A stretch of DNA of 55,907 bases from an uncultured Planctomycetaceae bacterium (GTDB taxonomy: Bacteria; Planctomycetota; Planctomycetia; Pirellulales; Pirellulaceae): contig CAIPEB010000326.1 in NCBI GenBank assembly GCA_903863885.1, positions 1 through 55,907 on the forward strand. The letters run 5' to 3'. A program made the position numbers and the translations under genes. The notes below the pieces were generated by a model, which searched no databases, was not told the origin of the DNA, and saw nothing but the letters and a program-made list of their open reading frames with translations. Numbering within the stretch: position 1 is the first letter of the stretch; every line of letters begins with the position of its first letter. Positions 1 to 9,209 of this stretch are shown here, piece after piece.

Positions 1-619
1 GCAGGCTGCTGCGGTCCTGGCGAGCGCCGTTGTCGCCCAGGAACACATAGGCAGTCCTGTCCGGGCAGGTCTGCGCCCAGTGCTGATAGACCTCGACGAC
101 GTGCGATGCGTTCTGATGGATGCGGTCCAGTACGCCGGTACGGGAGGGCCGCGACGCACATCGGCGCTGCGGCAATGAGATCACCTCGTTGCGATACCGG
201 GATTGCATCGTTGATTCGCGAAAAGCGGTAGTGCGCAGCTGCCATTCATTGTGGGCGACCCGAAACTCCTCGGCAATCGGAGGACTCCGTCCGACTAGAG
301 CACCGGCCCCCTTTTCTCCAACTTAACACTAACCGCTCTTTTAACGTTGGCAAAAGAAGCCGAACGCCTTTTCCGTTTTTCCCTGGGTGTCAGCGTCGCA
401 TCCGCATGATGCCATGAGCATAGTTAGGGCATCAGCCAGAGTTCCCCGCATCCGCAAGAGGATTACGAACGGACTTACTGAGAAAAAACTCAAGTCTCGC
501 AGAGGGAGGCCGGCGACTGGGAGACGCGTGGGGCGATTTCGCCGGCGAGCGTGGATTTCTCCTTGCGGGCAGGGCTCCCCAAGCGAGTGGATTTCCCCCG
601 CAGCAGGTGCGGCAGCGGG

Positions 620-2518
620 TCACTGCAAGACCGTCTCAACGAGCATGACGGCAATTCCCATGAGTGCACCGCCTGCAATGAGTCCGGCACAGATGGGTTC
701 CTGGTTCTGCACGACAACCTGGTGGACGACGCTTTTCGGGTCTCGCCAGTTCTGCTCGGCAACCCAGAAGAACAGAGCGCCCAGGAACATGGCCAGACAC
801 GTGTTGAAGGGAATGACGGACGCCAGGCCGACTGCGACTCCGGAGACCCAGAAGCGTCCTTTGGTGCCCATGCGGAGGGCCTCGAACACAATGCCCAGGA
901 TGGCGCCGATCAGCGCGGCCCAGCGGGAGGAGATCTTGAGGTTTGACAGGCCGCTGGTGAGCAGCTCCGCGACGGCCTTCCACACGGTGGCCGATGGAAA
1001 CGGGTTCTTGTCGGTGATCAGCTGCGATGGGCCGTGCTGGAGGAACACGTAATAGAAGATCGGCACGGCGATCAGCGCGCCGGCCATGATGCCCAGCACG
1101 TGGCCGATGGCCTGCTGGCGGGGTTTCGCACCGAGCATGTAACCGGGCTTTATATCCATCAGCAGATTGGAAGCGTTGCTGGAGACCTCGGCCGTGATCG
1201 ATGCCGTGGCGATGTTAGTGCGGATATTGCCGGGGGCCAGAATGCCGTAGGTCAGTTGCGTCAGCTTGCCGAGCGCTCCGATCGGCGTGATCGAGGTCAG
1301 GGCCGTGGAATTCACGCCGATCAGCGTGAAGATGAAGATCAAGGGTATCGCCAGCAGGCCCTGCCAGACGGCGACTCCGAAGAACCGGTTCGCAAGTGCG
1401 ACGACGATGCCGCCGATGACCGGGATGCCGACCACAAAGACGATTCCGGGCAGTTCAATGTCCTTGAGGACAGTGCTGTTTTGTTCCGGGGTCTTGCGAG
1501 GCAGCATCCCCCGCAGCGCCGAGACCAGGACCTGAGGACGGGCGAAGAACGCGTACAGCGACGAGGTGGTCATCATGGCGACGCCGCCCCACAGCGCCCA
1601 GACGGTGATCCGGCGGAACCCGTACTGCATTACCCCGTTCGAGAGTTCGCCCTGGATGTCGCCGTGCCAGATGGCCCAGGGAGCCAGCACGCAGTAGTTG
1701 ATCAGGGCTCCGAGCATCAGCGAGGCGCCCGTGCGGATTCCCATCAGGCCGCCGGCCCCGAACATGACGATGTCCGTGTCCAGACGCACCGTCAACTGGC
1801 GCGGATCCCAGCGATCGGGCGTCCACAGACGGTACACCCACTCGTCGAGATACTCGGGTATGCCGATCACGGTGACGTGGATCTTCTGCAGCATGGATTC
1901 GCTGGTCAGCAGTTTGATGATTGCCGAAAAGGCGCCGGTCGCCGCGAGGATCTTGGCTTTGAACATGCCTTCCGACGAATCGCCGCCGTGCAGCGCATCC
2001 ATCACGATTCCGGCTGCGCGACCTTCCGGAAAAGGATGCTGCTCGTCGTTGATGAACCGACGTTTGAGCGGAAAGGCGAAGAGGACGCCCAGCACCGAGA
2101 GCGAAGTGATCCACAGGAAAGTCGTCATCATCGGAATGGTCTGGTCCGTGATCACCATGTAGGCCGTCAATGACGAGATCAGCGGGCCCGTCATGTAGCC
2201 GGCCGCGGTGGCGATCGATTGCATGCAGTTGTTCTCCAGCACCGAGAACTCGTGGGCCAGGCCGAGCTGAGAGAGGATCTTGAACATGGCGAATGCGAGG
2301 ATCACCGAGGTGATGCCCACGCCCAGCGTCCAACCCGTCTTGGCTCCGACGTAGAGATTCGTCAGAGACAGAATACCGCCGAGCATCATGCCGGTGATGG
2401 CGGCCCGCAGTGTGAGCTGCGGCATGTTCCCCCGCCATACGTTCTCCAGCCACCAGCGGTCCTTCTGTTCGAGTGTCCAGGTGCGCACCTGTTCGTCGGT
2501 GAGTTGCTTGATGGCCAT
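620..2518 (-). CDS. OPT-family oligopeptide transporter (membrane permease)
   Basis: 632-aa polytopic membrane protein whose N-terminus (MAIKQLTDEQ...LTLRAAITGMMLGGILSLTNLYVGAKTGWTLG) matches the OPT-family architecture; many hydrophobic helices; clean long ORF. Family call from memory of the OPT fold, not from a search. Confidence 0.7.
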   Translation of the reverse strand: MAIKQLTDEQVRTWTLEQKDRWWLENVWRGNMPQLTLRAAITGMMLGGILSLTNLYVGAKTGWTLGVGITSVILAFAMFKILSQLGLAHEFSVLENNCMQSIATAAGYMTGPLISSLTAYMVITDQTIPMMTTFLWITSLSVLGVLFAFPLKRRFINDEQHPFPEGRAAGIVMDALHGGDSSEGMFKAKILAATGAFSAIIKLLTSESMLQKIHVTVIGIPEYLDEWVYRLWTPDRWDPRQLTVRLDTDIVMFGAGGLMGIRTGASLMLGALINYCVLAPWAIWHGDIQGELSNGVMQYGFRRITVWALWGGVAMMTTSSLYAFFARPQVLVSALRGMLPRKTPEQNSTVLKDIELPGIVFVVGIPVIGGIVVALANRFFGVAVWQGLLAIPLIFIFTLIGVNSTALTSITPIGALGKLTQLTYGILAPGNIRTNIATASITAEVSSNASNLLMDIKPGYMLGAKPRQQAIGHVLGIMAGALIAVPIFYYVFLQHGPSQLITDKNPFPSATVWKAVAELLTSGLSNLKISSRWAALIGAILGIVFEALRMGTKGRFWVSGVAVGLASVIPFNTCLAMFLGALFFWVAEQNWRDPKSVVHQVVVQNQEPICAGLIAGGALMGIAVMLVETVLQ

Positions 2519-2762
2519 CGCCGTTCACTTCGTCCGGGGTCGATATTGCAGTCTGCGTGCTTTGACTGGGGGATGTGAAAGCTCAAGGTATAAGGGTTGT
2601 GAAGATGTCTGGCAACGCAAATAATGGGATCCTGGGTGTCCGAGAGGCCTGCGCGGCTGACGCGAAGGGCGTTCTTCACCGAAGCTGGCCCTGTCTGGCA
2701 GAGTAGCTCCTCGGGACCGCGATGTAGTTCTTCTCGCGTCGCGACCGCATAAGGAACTCGTT

Positions 2763-3770
2763 TTGTCTTCTGAAAACAACGTCGAACAGCCGTCCGCCGC
2801 GCCGGCAGGTTCTGCCGGTGGGTTGTCGGCCGGAGGACACGCTATCCAGCCGCTCGGACCCGACATCAAGTCGATCCAGCCCGGCGGAGGCTGGTGTATG
2901 CGATTAGAGCTGGCGTGGGGCTACGTTCGGCGAACGCTGCTGAAGACGCTGCGGCCGGGATACGTGGAACGCATGCGGCAATGTCGCCGCGGAAACAGCA
3001 ACGGGTGCCCCCACGAGGTGCTCGATCCGCGGGACGTCAAATTCTATCGAAATCAGGGCGGTTACCACTGGACGGCCGAGGATGACCCGTTCCGCTGGCG
3101 GGATCGCTTGCCGTTCGTCCGCGTCGGACTGGCGGAACTGCTGATCCTCGGGGGAGGGTTCTTTCTGCTCGCCGCGATTCTCGGCCTGGTCTGGTGGCCT
3201 TTGGCCGTGGTTCCGGCGGCAATCGGGCTGGAAGTGGTCTGGTTCTTCCGCAATCCGCGCCGAGTTCCGCCCGCCGAGCCGGGGCTGATCATTGCCCCGG
3301 CCGATGGACGCGTGATCGCGATTGAGGAAATCGAGGAAGACTTCGTGGGCGGCCCGGCCGTTCGCATCGATATTTTCCTGTCCGTTTTCAATGTGCACGT
3401 CAACCGCGCGCCTTGCGAATCGCAGGTCCTCGCGCTCGGCTACCGCCGCGGCAGGTTTCTCAACGCGATGCGTCCGGAGGCGAATCGGGAAAACGAACGG
3501 ATGGAAGTCCGCCTGGAGCAGACCGCCGCGCCGCATCGGACCTTGATCGTGCGGCAGATCGTGGGCGCCATTGCCCGCCGCATCGTCTGCTGGGTTTCGC
3601 CGGGCGAAACCTTGAAACGCGGCGAGGCGTTTGGCATGATCAAGCTGGGGTCGCGCACGGAACTGGTGCTGCCTCGGACCCCGGGATTGGAAATCCGCAC
3701 TCGTGTCGGAGAGCGTGTTCGTGCCGGACTGACCGTCATGGCCCGATACGCCGAGGATCAGAAAGAGTAA
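2763..3770 (+). CDS. psd: phosphatidylserine decarboxylase family proenzyme (Asd/Psd-like) with N-terminal TM extension
   Basis: C-terminal half contains a PSD-like core (IIAPADGRVIAIEEI...FNVHVNRAP...GMIKLGSRTELVLP) with a GS/GST-type cleavage region; sits immediately upstream of a CDP-alcohol phosphatidyltransferase. The N-terminal start is uncertain; the true start may be downstream of 2763. Confidence 0.65.
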   Translation: MSSENNVEQPSAAPAGSAGGLSAGGHAIQPLGPDIKSIQPGGGWCMRLELAWGYVRRTLLKTLRPGYVERMRQCRRGNSNGCPHEVLDPRDVKFYRNQGGYHWTAEDDPFRWRDRLPFVRVGLAELLILGGGFFLLAAILGLVWWPLAVVPAAIGLEVVWFFRNPRRVPPAEPGLIIAPADGRVIAIEEIEEDFVGGPAVRIDIFLSVFNVHVNRAPCESQVLALGYRRGRFLNAMRPEANRENERMEVRLEQTAAPHRTLIVRQIVGAIARRIVCWVSPGETLKRGEAFGMIKLGSRTELVLPRTPGLEIRTRVGERVRAGLTVMARYAEDQKE

Positions 3771-3837
3771 TCCAGCCGCGTTCCGGCCGAATCGTCTCCG
3801 GTTTCCGCACCGAACGCACAGTCATGAGGTAGCCATC

Positions 3838-4713
3838 GTGCGACCCTTTCGCGCCCGATTCCGTCCCCGGTTGAAGAGTCCCTTTCGCGGCCGGTTTCGC
3901 ACAAGGCTTCCGGTCTTGCCGACGCTGATTACGTTGGGCAACGGCACGTGCGGACTGGTGAGTATTGCCGTCCTGACGACGGCTCGGCCGCAACTCGGCG
4001 ATACCAAGGCTGCGTTTTATTCGGGAATGCTGATCTTTCTCGGCATGGTGTTCGACGCCGTCGACGGTTATGTGGCCCGGGCGTCGCACCAGGAAAGCGA
4101 TTTCGGCGTGCAGCTTGACAGCCTGTGCGATGCGATCACTTTCGGCGTCGCTCCGGTATTCATCATGCTGAACCTAGCAGCCGGCTTCTATCTGCGTTTC
4201 CTGTGGAGTATCGGCGTTGTGTTTTCCATGTGCGCGGTGCTGCGCCTGGCGAGATACAACGTCGAGGCGCACGAGCACGGCTACTTTCGCGGGCTGCCAA
4301 CGCCCGCGGCCGCGGGAACCGTGGCTTCGTTTGCCATAGCGATGCCGGCGCTGATCGAATGGACCGGTCCCGCGATGCCGGACCTGGTGCAGCGGTTGGG
4401 CCAGTGGTGCATCGACGGGATTGAAATCGGAATGCCCGTTCTGACCCTGGTTCTCGCCGGGCTGATGGTTTCGCGGATCCGCTATCCGCATGTGGTCAAT
4501 CAGTTTCTGCGCCGACGCCGCGGATTCTACACTCTGACCCAGTTCGTGTTCGTGGCCGCGGTGGTTGTCGTCATCCACGAACTGGCGTTGCCGCTGCTCT
4601 TCTCGCTTTTTGCGTTTGGCTACCCGATCGTTGCACTTTGGACCCGGCTGACGTCGCGCGGCGTTCCGGCGACGTCCTCCGAGGAGCCGCTCCCGAACGA
4701 CCAGCAAGGCTGA
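3838..4713 (+). CDS. pssA: CDP-alcohol phosphatidyltransferase, probably phosphatidylserine synthase
   Basis: Canonical CDP-OH phosphotransferase motif D-x2-DG-x2-AR...G-x3-D-x3-D (DAVDGYVARASHQESDFGVQLDSLCD); multi-TM; GTG start at 3838; position next to psd supports PS synthase rather than PgsA. Confidence 0.7.
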   Translation: MRPFRARFRPRLKSPFRGRFRTRLPVLPTLITLGNGTCGLVSIAVLTTARPQLGDTKAAFYSGMLIFLGMVFDAVDGYVARASHQESDFGVQLDSLCDAITFGVAPVFIMLNLAAGFYLRFLWSIGVVFSMCAVLRLARYNVEAHEHGYFRGLPTPAAAGTVASFAIAMPALIEWTGPAMPDLVQRLGQWCIDGIEIGMPVLTLVLAGLMVSRIRYPHVVNQFLRRRRGFYTLTQFVFVAAVVVVIHELALPLLFSLFAFGYPIVALWTRLTSRGVPATSSEEPLPNDQQG

Positions 4714-4781
4714 CTCGCGCGCAAAGCGACATTGAACGAGCCATCGTCGCACGCTGTCGGGTGCTCGCCGAAACGGCGATG

Positions 4782-5366
4782 TCAGAGGCTGCAGTGATAT
4801 ACGAAAGCGGGCGGCATGTTGCGCCAGATCGTGCGTGTGCAGCGCACGTGCTTGAAGAACTTGTGCAGCTTTTTCCGAAATCGCCGAGCCGACGGAAGAG
4901 GCAAGCCGGTCAAGTAGGCGTAAGTGGCGAATTGTCCGCCGGGTCCGAGAACGTCGACCAGCGCCTCAAGATATTCGGTTTGATTCTCGTCGGAGAAGGA
5001 TGACCAGGGGAGCCCCGAGATTACGGCGTCGATGCTCTTCAGACCCTGGGATTCAGCGACCGCGCGGACATTGGCGACATTGTCCTCGAAGACTTTCAGC
5101 CCCGGAAATCGCTCTTGCAGCACCGACACGAACCGGCCGCAGCGCTCAATGGCGAAAAAGTGCACATCCGCTGGTTTGCGGTCAAGGATGATTTGCGTGA
5201 TCGCTCCTGTGCCCGGACCGAACTCGGCCAGTGCCTTGACGCGGCTCCAGTCAATCGCGTTAACGGTCTGCATTGCCAACCGCTGGGAACTTGGGGCGAC
5301 GGCTCCGACGGTTCCCGGGTTCTTGAGAAACTCCATGAAGAACCCGGCGTAACTTTCTTGTGGCAT
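4782..5366 (-). CDS. class I SAM-dependent methyltransferase, PmtA-like phospholipid N-methyltransferase (COG3963-like)
   Basis: Internal start MPQESYAGFFMEFLKNPGTVGAVAPSS... (ATG at 5364-5366) gives a 194-aa protein with a GPGTG SAM-binding motif and VISGLP motif, resembling Rhodobacter-type PmtA. The upstream extension of the 252-aa ORF has no support. Confidence 0.55.
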   Translation of the reverse strand: MPQESYAGFFMEFLKNPGTVGAVAPSSQRLAMQTVNAIDWSRVKALAEFGPGTGAITQIILDRKPADVHFFAIERCGRFVSVLQERFPGLKVFEDNVANVRAVAESQGLKSIDAVISGLPWSSFSDENQTEYLEALVDVLGPGGQFATYAYLTGLPLPSARRFRKKLHKFFKHVRCTRTIWRNMPPAFVYHCSL

Positions 5367-5640
5367 GAAAATGCTCTGCGTGTGGGGAGCTAAGGAGGGA
5401 TGCAGTGACCGTTTCGGAAACTGCGTCGCCGCGAAATCAGTACAAAATCCTTGAGAACCTGTCCAGTTCGCAGTGGCGATCTGCTTTCTGTTTACAGCGA
5501 TTTGCCACGACGTCAAGCCTAGAACGTCAAAAAACGGCACCGGCTCCGCTCATGTCCTGATGATGTAATTCCTTCGGGGCTTGTCTGGCTTTGGAGAATT
5601 CGCGACAACTGGCTCGCGTGAAGTCCACACGCCGTGCGTC

Positions 5641-6930
5641 ATGGGATTTTCGATGCCAGCTGCTGCGCTTGCCTCTCCTTCGCGCCGCGAAGCGCTTCAA
5701 CTCAGCCTGTTCTTCGGCGCGGTTTATTTTATTCAGGGAATCGGAGAGCCAACGGAGGGGTTGATCGCGCAGCCGGTTCGGTCCCTGCTGCGCAACTGGC
5801 ATTATTCCGTCGAGGAGATCTCGCTTTTTGCCACTTTGCTGTCCGTGCCCTGGTGGTTCAAGCCGCTCTACGGGCTGCTGACCGATTTTGTGCCGTTGGG
5901 CGGCTATCGCCGGCGCAGCTACCTCATGCTCTCCACTGCCGCTACGGTGGCGGGGCTGCTTTATCTTTCGTTTGCGCCGCTTTCCCAGCCATCACTCGGA
6001 TGGCTGCTTGCCGTTCTGCTGATTCCGACCTTGGGAGTCGCCTTTACGGATGTCGTGGCAGACTCGCTGATGGTCGAGAAGGGGCAACCCTCTGGAATGA
6101 CGGGCCGGTTGCAGTCGATCCAGTGGACGTGCATGCAATTGGCCTCGGTTCTCGTGGGCAGTCTCGGGGGCTATCTCAGCGCCAACGGTATGCAGCGCAT
6201 GGGGTTTCTGATCTGCGCTCTGGCAACGCTCGTGACGCTGGGGCTGGCGTGGTGTTTTGTGCGTGAAGAACCGGATTTCACGCGCCGAGCCAGTTGGGCC
6301 GACGTGATCGGGGAACTGCGAAATGCGGGTCGGCATCGCGAGATCTGGGCCGTCGGTGAGTTTCTGTTTCTGTGGAATTTCAATCCTTTTTCCACATCAG
6401 TGCTTTACGTCTACATGATCGAAGAGCTGCATTTCACCGAGCAGTTCTACGGCCACACGGTGTCGCTGATGTCCGCTTCGATGACCGCAGCCTGCATCGC
6501 GTACGGCTTCTACTGTCGCCGGGTCTCCTTTGCGTTGCTCGTCCACCTTTCCATCGTGTTGGGGATCATCAGCACGATCGCGTATTGGGCGATGGTGGAT
6601 CGGCCCACCGCAGTGGGCGTATCGATATTGATCGGATTCACCTACATGACGGCTAATCTGATCCAGTTCGATTTTGCGGCACGTATTTGTCCTCCGCATT
6701 CGGCGGCCACGGTCTTTGCATTGCTGATGGCTTTGACCAACGCGGGAATGTCCCTGTCGACTCTGGCCGGTAGTTACGTCTATTCGTTCAGCCGGCCCTG
6801 GTGGGGGGCACGGACGGCATTCAATTCCATGGTGCTGCTCGGCGCACTGACGACGGCCGCCTGCTGGTTTCTGATACCCGTACTGGTCGGCCCCGCTACT
6901 CGACCTCTGCCGGCCGAAGACTGCGGGTGA
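5641..6930 (+). CDS. MFS transporter of the BT1 (folate-biopterin transporter) family
   Basis: Signature PWWFKPLYGLLTDFVPLGGYRRRSYL (BT1 KPLxGxxSD/GxRRxY motif); 12 predicted TM helices; ATG at 5641 chosen over the TTG at 5581. Confidence 0.65.
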   Translation: MGFSMPAAALASPSRREALQLSLFFGAVYFIQGIGEPTEGLIAQPVRSLLRNWHYSVEEISLFATLLSVPWWFKPLYGLLTDFVPLGGYRRRSYLMLSTAATVAGLLYLSFAPLSQPSLGWLLAVLLIPTLGVAFTDVVADSLMVEKGQPSGMTGRLQSIQWTCMQLASVLVGSLGGYLSANGMQRMGFLICALATLVTLGLAWCFVREEPDFTRRASWADVIGELRNAGRHREIWAVGEFLFLWNFNPFSTSVLYVYMIEELHFTEQFYGHTVSLMSASMTAACIAYGFYCRRVSFALLVHLSIVLGIISTIAYWAMVDRPTAVGVSILIGFTYMTANLIQFDFAARICPPHSAATVFALLMALTNAGMSLSTLAGSYVYSFSRPWWGARTAFNSMVLLGALTTAACWFLIPVLVGPATRPLPAEDCG

Positions 6931-7052
6931 CCCCGCGGCAGCAGAGTGATCCGAATCAGTGGCAATCGGCGTTGACGATTCCAGCGCGTGACGGATACAA
7001 TTACCGGACTGACCGGTCCGCTCTTTCACAGATCGCCCTGATTGCTGCTCCC

Positions 7053-7775
7053 ATGCCATCCAAACCCAAGCGTAAGGCCGGTCGTCCGCCCGATGCGGAG
7101 AAGCGTGAGCGGCGGAAGGAAGAGATTCTGGCCGCGGCGGTGGGTCTGTTCGCTGAACGCGGTTACGCGAAGGCCGACACGCAGGAGTTGGCCGACATCC
7201 TGGGGGTGGGCAAAGGGACGATCTACCGGCACTTCAAGTCCAAACGCGAGTTGTTTCTCGCGACGGTCGGGCGGGCTATGTGCGAGTTGAAGGTCGCTGT
7301 GGACGAAGAGGTCGGGAAGGTGGACGACCCGCTGCGTCGAGTGGTCTGCGGAATGCAGGCTTACCTGACTTTCTTTGCGGACCACCCGCGGTACGTGGAG
7401 TTGTTTGTGCAGGAGCGGGCACTGTTCAAGGACCGCAGAAAGCCCACGTACTTCGAGCATCGGGACGCGAACATCGCAAGTTGGCGTGAGTTATTTCAAG
7501 GGTTGATCGCCGAGGGCCGGTGCCGGGACATCCCGGTCGATCGCATTCTGGATGTGATCGGCGACATGATGTATGGCGCGATGTTCACGAATTACTTCAT
7601 CGGCCGGGATCGGTCGCCTGCGCACCAGACGGCGGATATGTTGGACATCGCTCTGTACGGGATTCTCACGCCCGCGGAGCGGAAGCGGAGAGTCCGGTCG
7701 CCGCTCGAGCATGGCGGCGGCGCTGAGTCGGAGCCTCACAGCCCCGGGGAAGCTGCGTCTTCGGCGGGGATTTGA
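7053..7775 (+). CDS. TetR/AcrR-family transcriptional regulator
   Basis: N-terminal HTH (EEILAAAVGLFAERGYAKADTQELADILGVGKGTIYRHFKSKRELF) typical of TetR; ATG at 7053 verified in sequence; immediately upstream of the efflux adaptor and RND genes. Confidence 0.8.
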   Translation: MPSKPKRKAGRPPDAEKRERRKEEILAAAVGLFAERGYAKADTQELADILGVGKGTIYRHFKSKRELFLATVGRAMCELKVAVDEEVGKVDDPLRRVVCGMQAYLTFFADHPRYVELFVQERALFKDRRKPTYFEHRDANIASWRELFQGLIAEGRCRDIPVDRILDVIGDMMYGAMFTNYFIGRDRSPAHQTADMLDIALYGILTPAERKRRVRSPLEHGGGAESEPHSPGEAASSAGI

Positions 7776-7795
7776 ACAAAGCGGAAGCAGGAAAC

Positions 7796-9205
7796 ATGGC
7801 AGTGAAAGGCAAACGCTGGACGGTTATAGCGCTGATTGTGGTCGCGTTGGCGGCCGCGGCAACCGGAGTCTGTTGGCTCGAACTGGTCGTTGGCGGCGGC
7901 AACGGGCACGCGGCGGAAGCGGGAACGCAGCCGTCGGTTGATCCGTCGGCAACCGCTGCAAAAGGGGCGGAGCGTGCGGTCTCGCTCGAGGGCGAGCGGA
8001 TCGCGATGCGTTCAGTTCAGCGAACGGTCGGCGCGGTGGGATCGTTTGTCGGATATGACGAAGTGACGGTGAAAGCCGAGGTTTCGGGTCCGGTGGCCAA
8101 GGTGCTTCACGATGTCGGCGATGTCGTGCGCCCGGGCGATATTCTGATCGAACTGGACAAGACCGACTACGACCTGGAACTCGAACTGACCCGCCGCGCG
8201 CTTGAGCTGGAAGTGGTGCGACTGGGCGTCAAGGTTCCGGAAGAACCGTTGTCGCCCGACCAGATATCGGCGCTGCTGAAGCAATTCCAGGTGGATTCGC
8301 TGCCTTCGATCAAGCGAGCCCAGGAACAGGAGCAGAACGCGGCGTCGCGACTGCAGCGCGCCGAGCAGTTGCGGCAGCGCAATTCGATGAGCCAGGAGGA
8401 ATTTGAACAGCGCCAGATGGAGTACGACGTGGCGAAGAGTGCCCTGGACCAGGCCAACTTCGACGCCGAAGCGGCGCTGGCTGCGATTCGGCACCGCGCC
8501 GTGCAGTTGCGGATCGCGATGCGCAAGCTTCAGCTGTCCACGATTCGCGTTCCGACGCCCTCGAAACGCCTGCTCATGCCGGAACAGGTCCAGTACGCGG
8601 TCGTGCAGCGGAAGGTCACCGAAGGAGATCTGTTGAAGGATTCTCCCGGATCCTCCACGGCGGCCTTTGATCTGGTGATGGACGGAGTTCTGAAGCTGAA
8701 AGCTCAGGTGCCCGAACGCTACGTTGCGGATGTGAAGGAGGGCCAGGACTGCGTGCTGCACGTGGATGCCTATCCCAACCGCACGTTCTCGGGCAAGGTC
8801 ATTCGCATCAATCCGACCGTCGACCGTACGAACCGCACATTTGAGGTCGAGATATATGTCGCGAACGAGAAACGCGAATTGAAATCCGGCGGGTTCGCGA
8901 AAGTGGATATTCTCACCCGCGTCGATCCCGAAGCGTGGACCGTTTCGGGCGAGTCGATCGTGACCTATGCCGGTTCGACGCGTTTGTTCGTGGTGCGCCA
9001 GGGAAAAGCCCATTCGATTGTCGTCGAGAAGGGGATCGAAGGGGCCGGCTGGGTGGAACTGCTGCGTTCGCCCGAAATGGATCTGCGAGCCGACGACGTC
9101 GTAATCCGCGGCGGTCAGGACAAGCTGGCGGAAGGTACTCCGGTGCAGATCCGCAATGCGGCGCAACTCAATACATCAAAACCTGCTCAGCCAGCCTCAA
9201 GGTAG
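7796..9205 (+). CDS. efflux RND transporter periplasmic adaptor (membrane fusion protein, HlyD family)
   Basis: N-terminal TM anchor (WTVIALIVVALAAAA), coiled-coil rich middle, beta-barrel C-terminus; ATG at 7796 preceded by a GGAAGCAGGAAAC RBS-like purine run; precedes the RND pump. Confidence 0.75.
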   Translation: MAVKGKRWTVIALIVVALAAAATGVCWLELVVGGGNGHAAEAGTQPSVDPSATAAKGAERAVSLEGERIAMRSVQRTVGAVGSFVGYDEVTVKAEVSGPVAKVLHDVGDVVRPGDILIELDKTDYDLELELTRRALELEVVRLGVKVPEEPLSPDQISALLKQFQVDSLPSIKRAQEQEQNAASRLQRAEQLRQRNSMSQEEFEQRQMEYDVAKSALDQANFDAEAALAAIRHRAVQLRIAMRKLQLSTIRVPTPSKRLLMPEQVQYAVVQRKVTEGDLLKDSPGSSTAAFDLVMDGVLKLKAQVPERYVADVKEGQDCVLHVDAYPNRTFSGKVIRINPTVDRTNRTFEVEIYVANEKRELKSGGFAKVDILTRVDPEAWTVSGESIVTYAGSTRLFVVRQGKAHSIVVEKGIEGAGWVELLRSPEMDLRADDVVIRGGQDKLAEGTPVQIRNAAQLNTSKPAQPASR

Positions 9206-9209
9206 CGGT

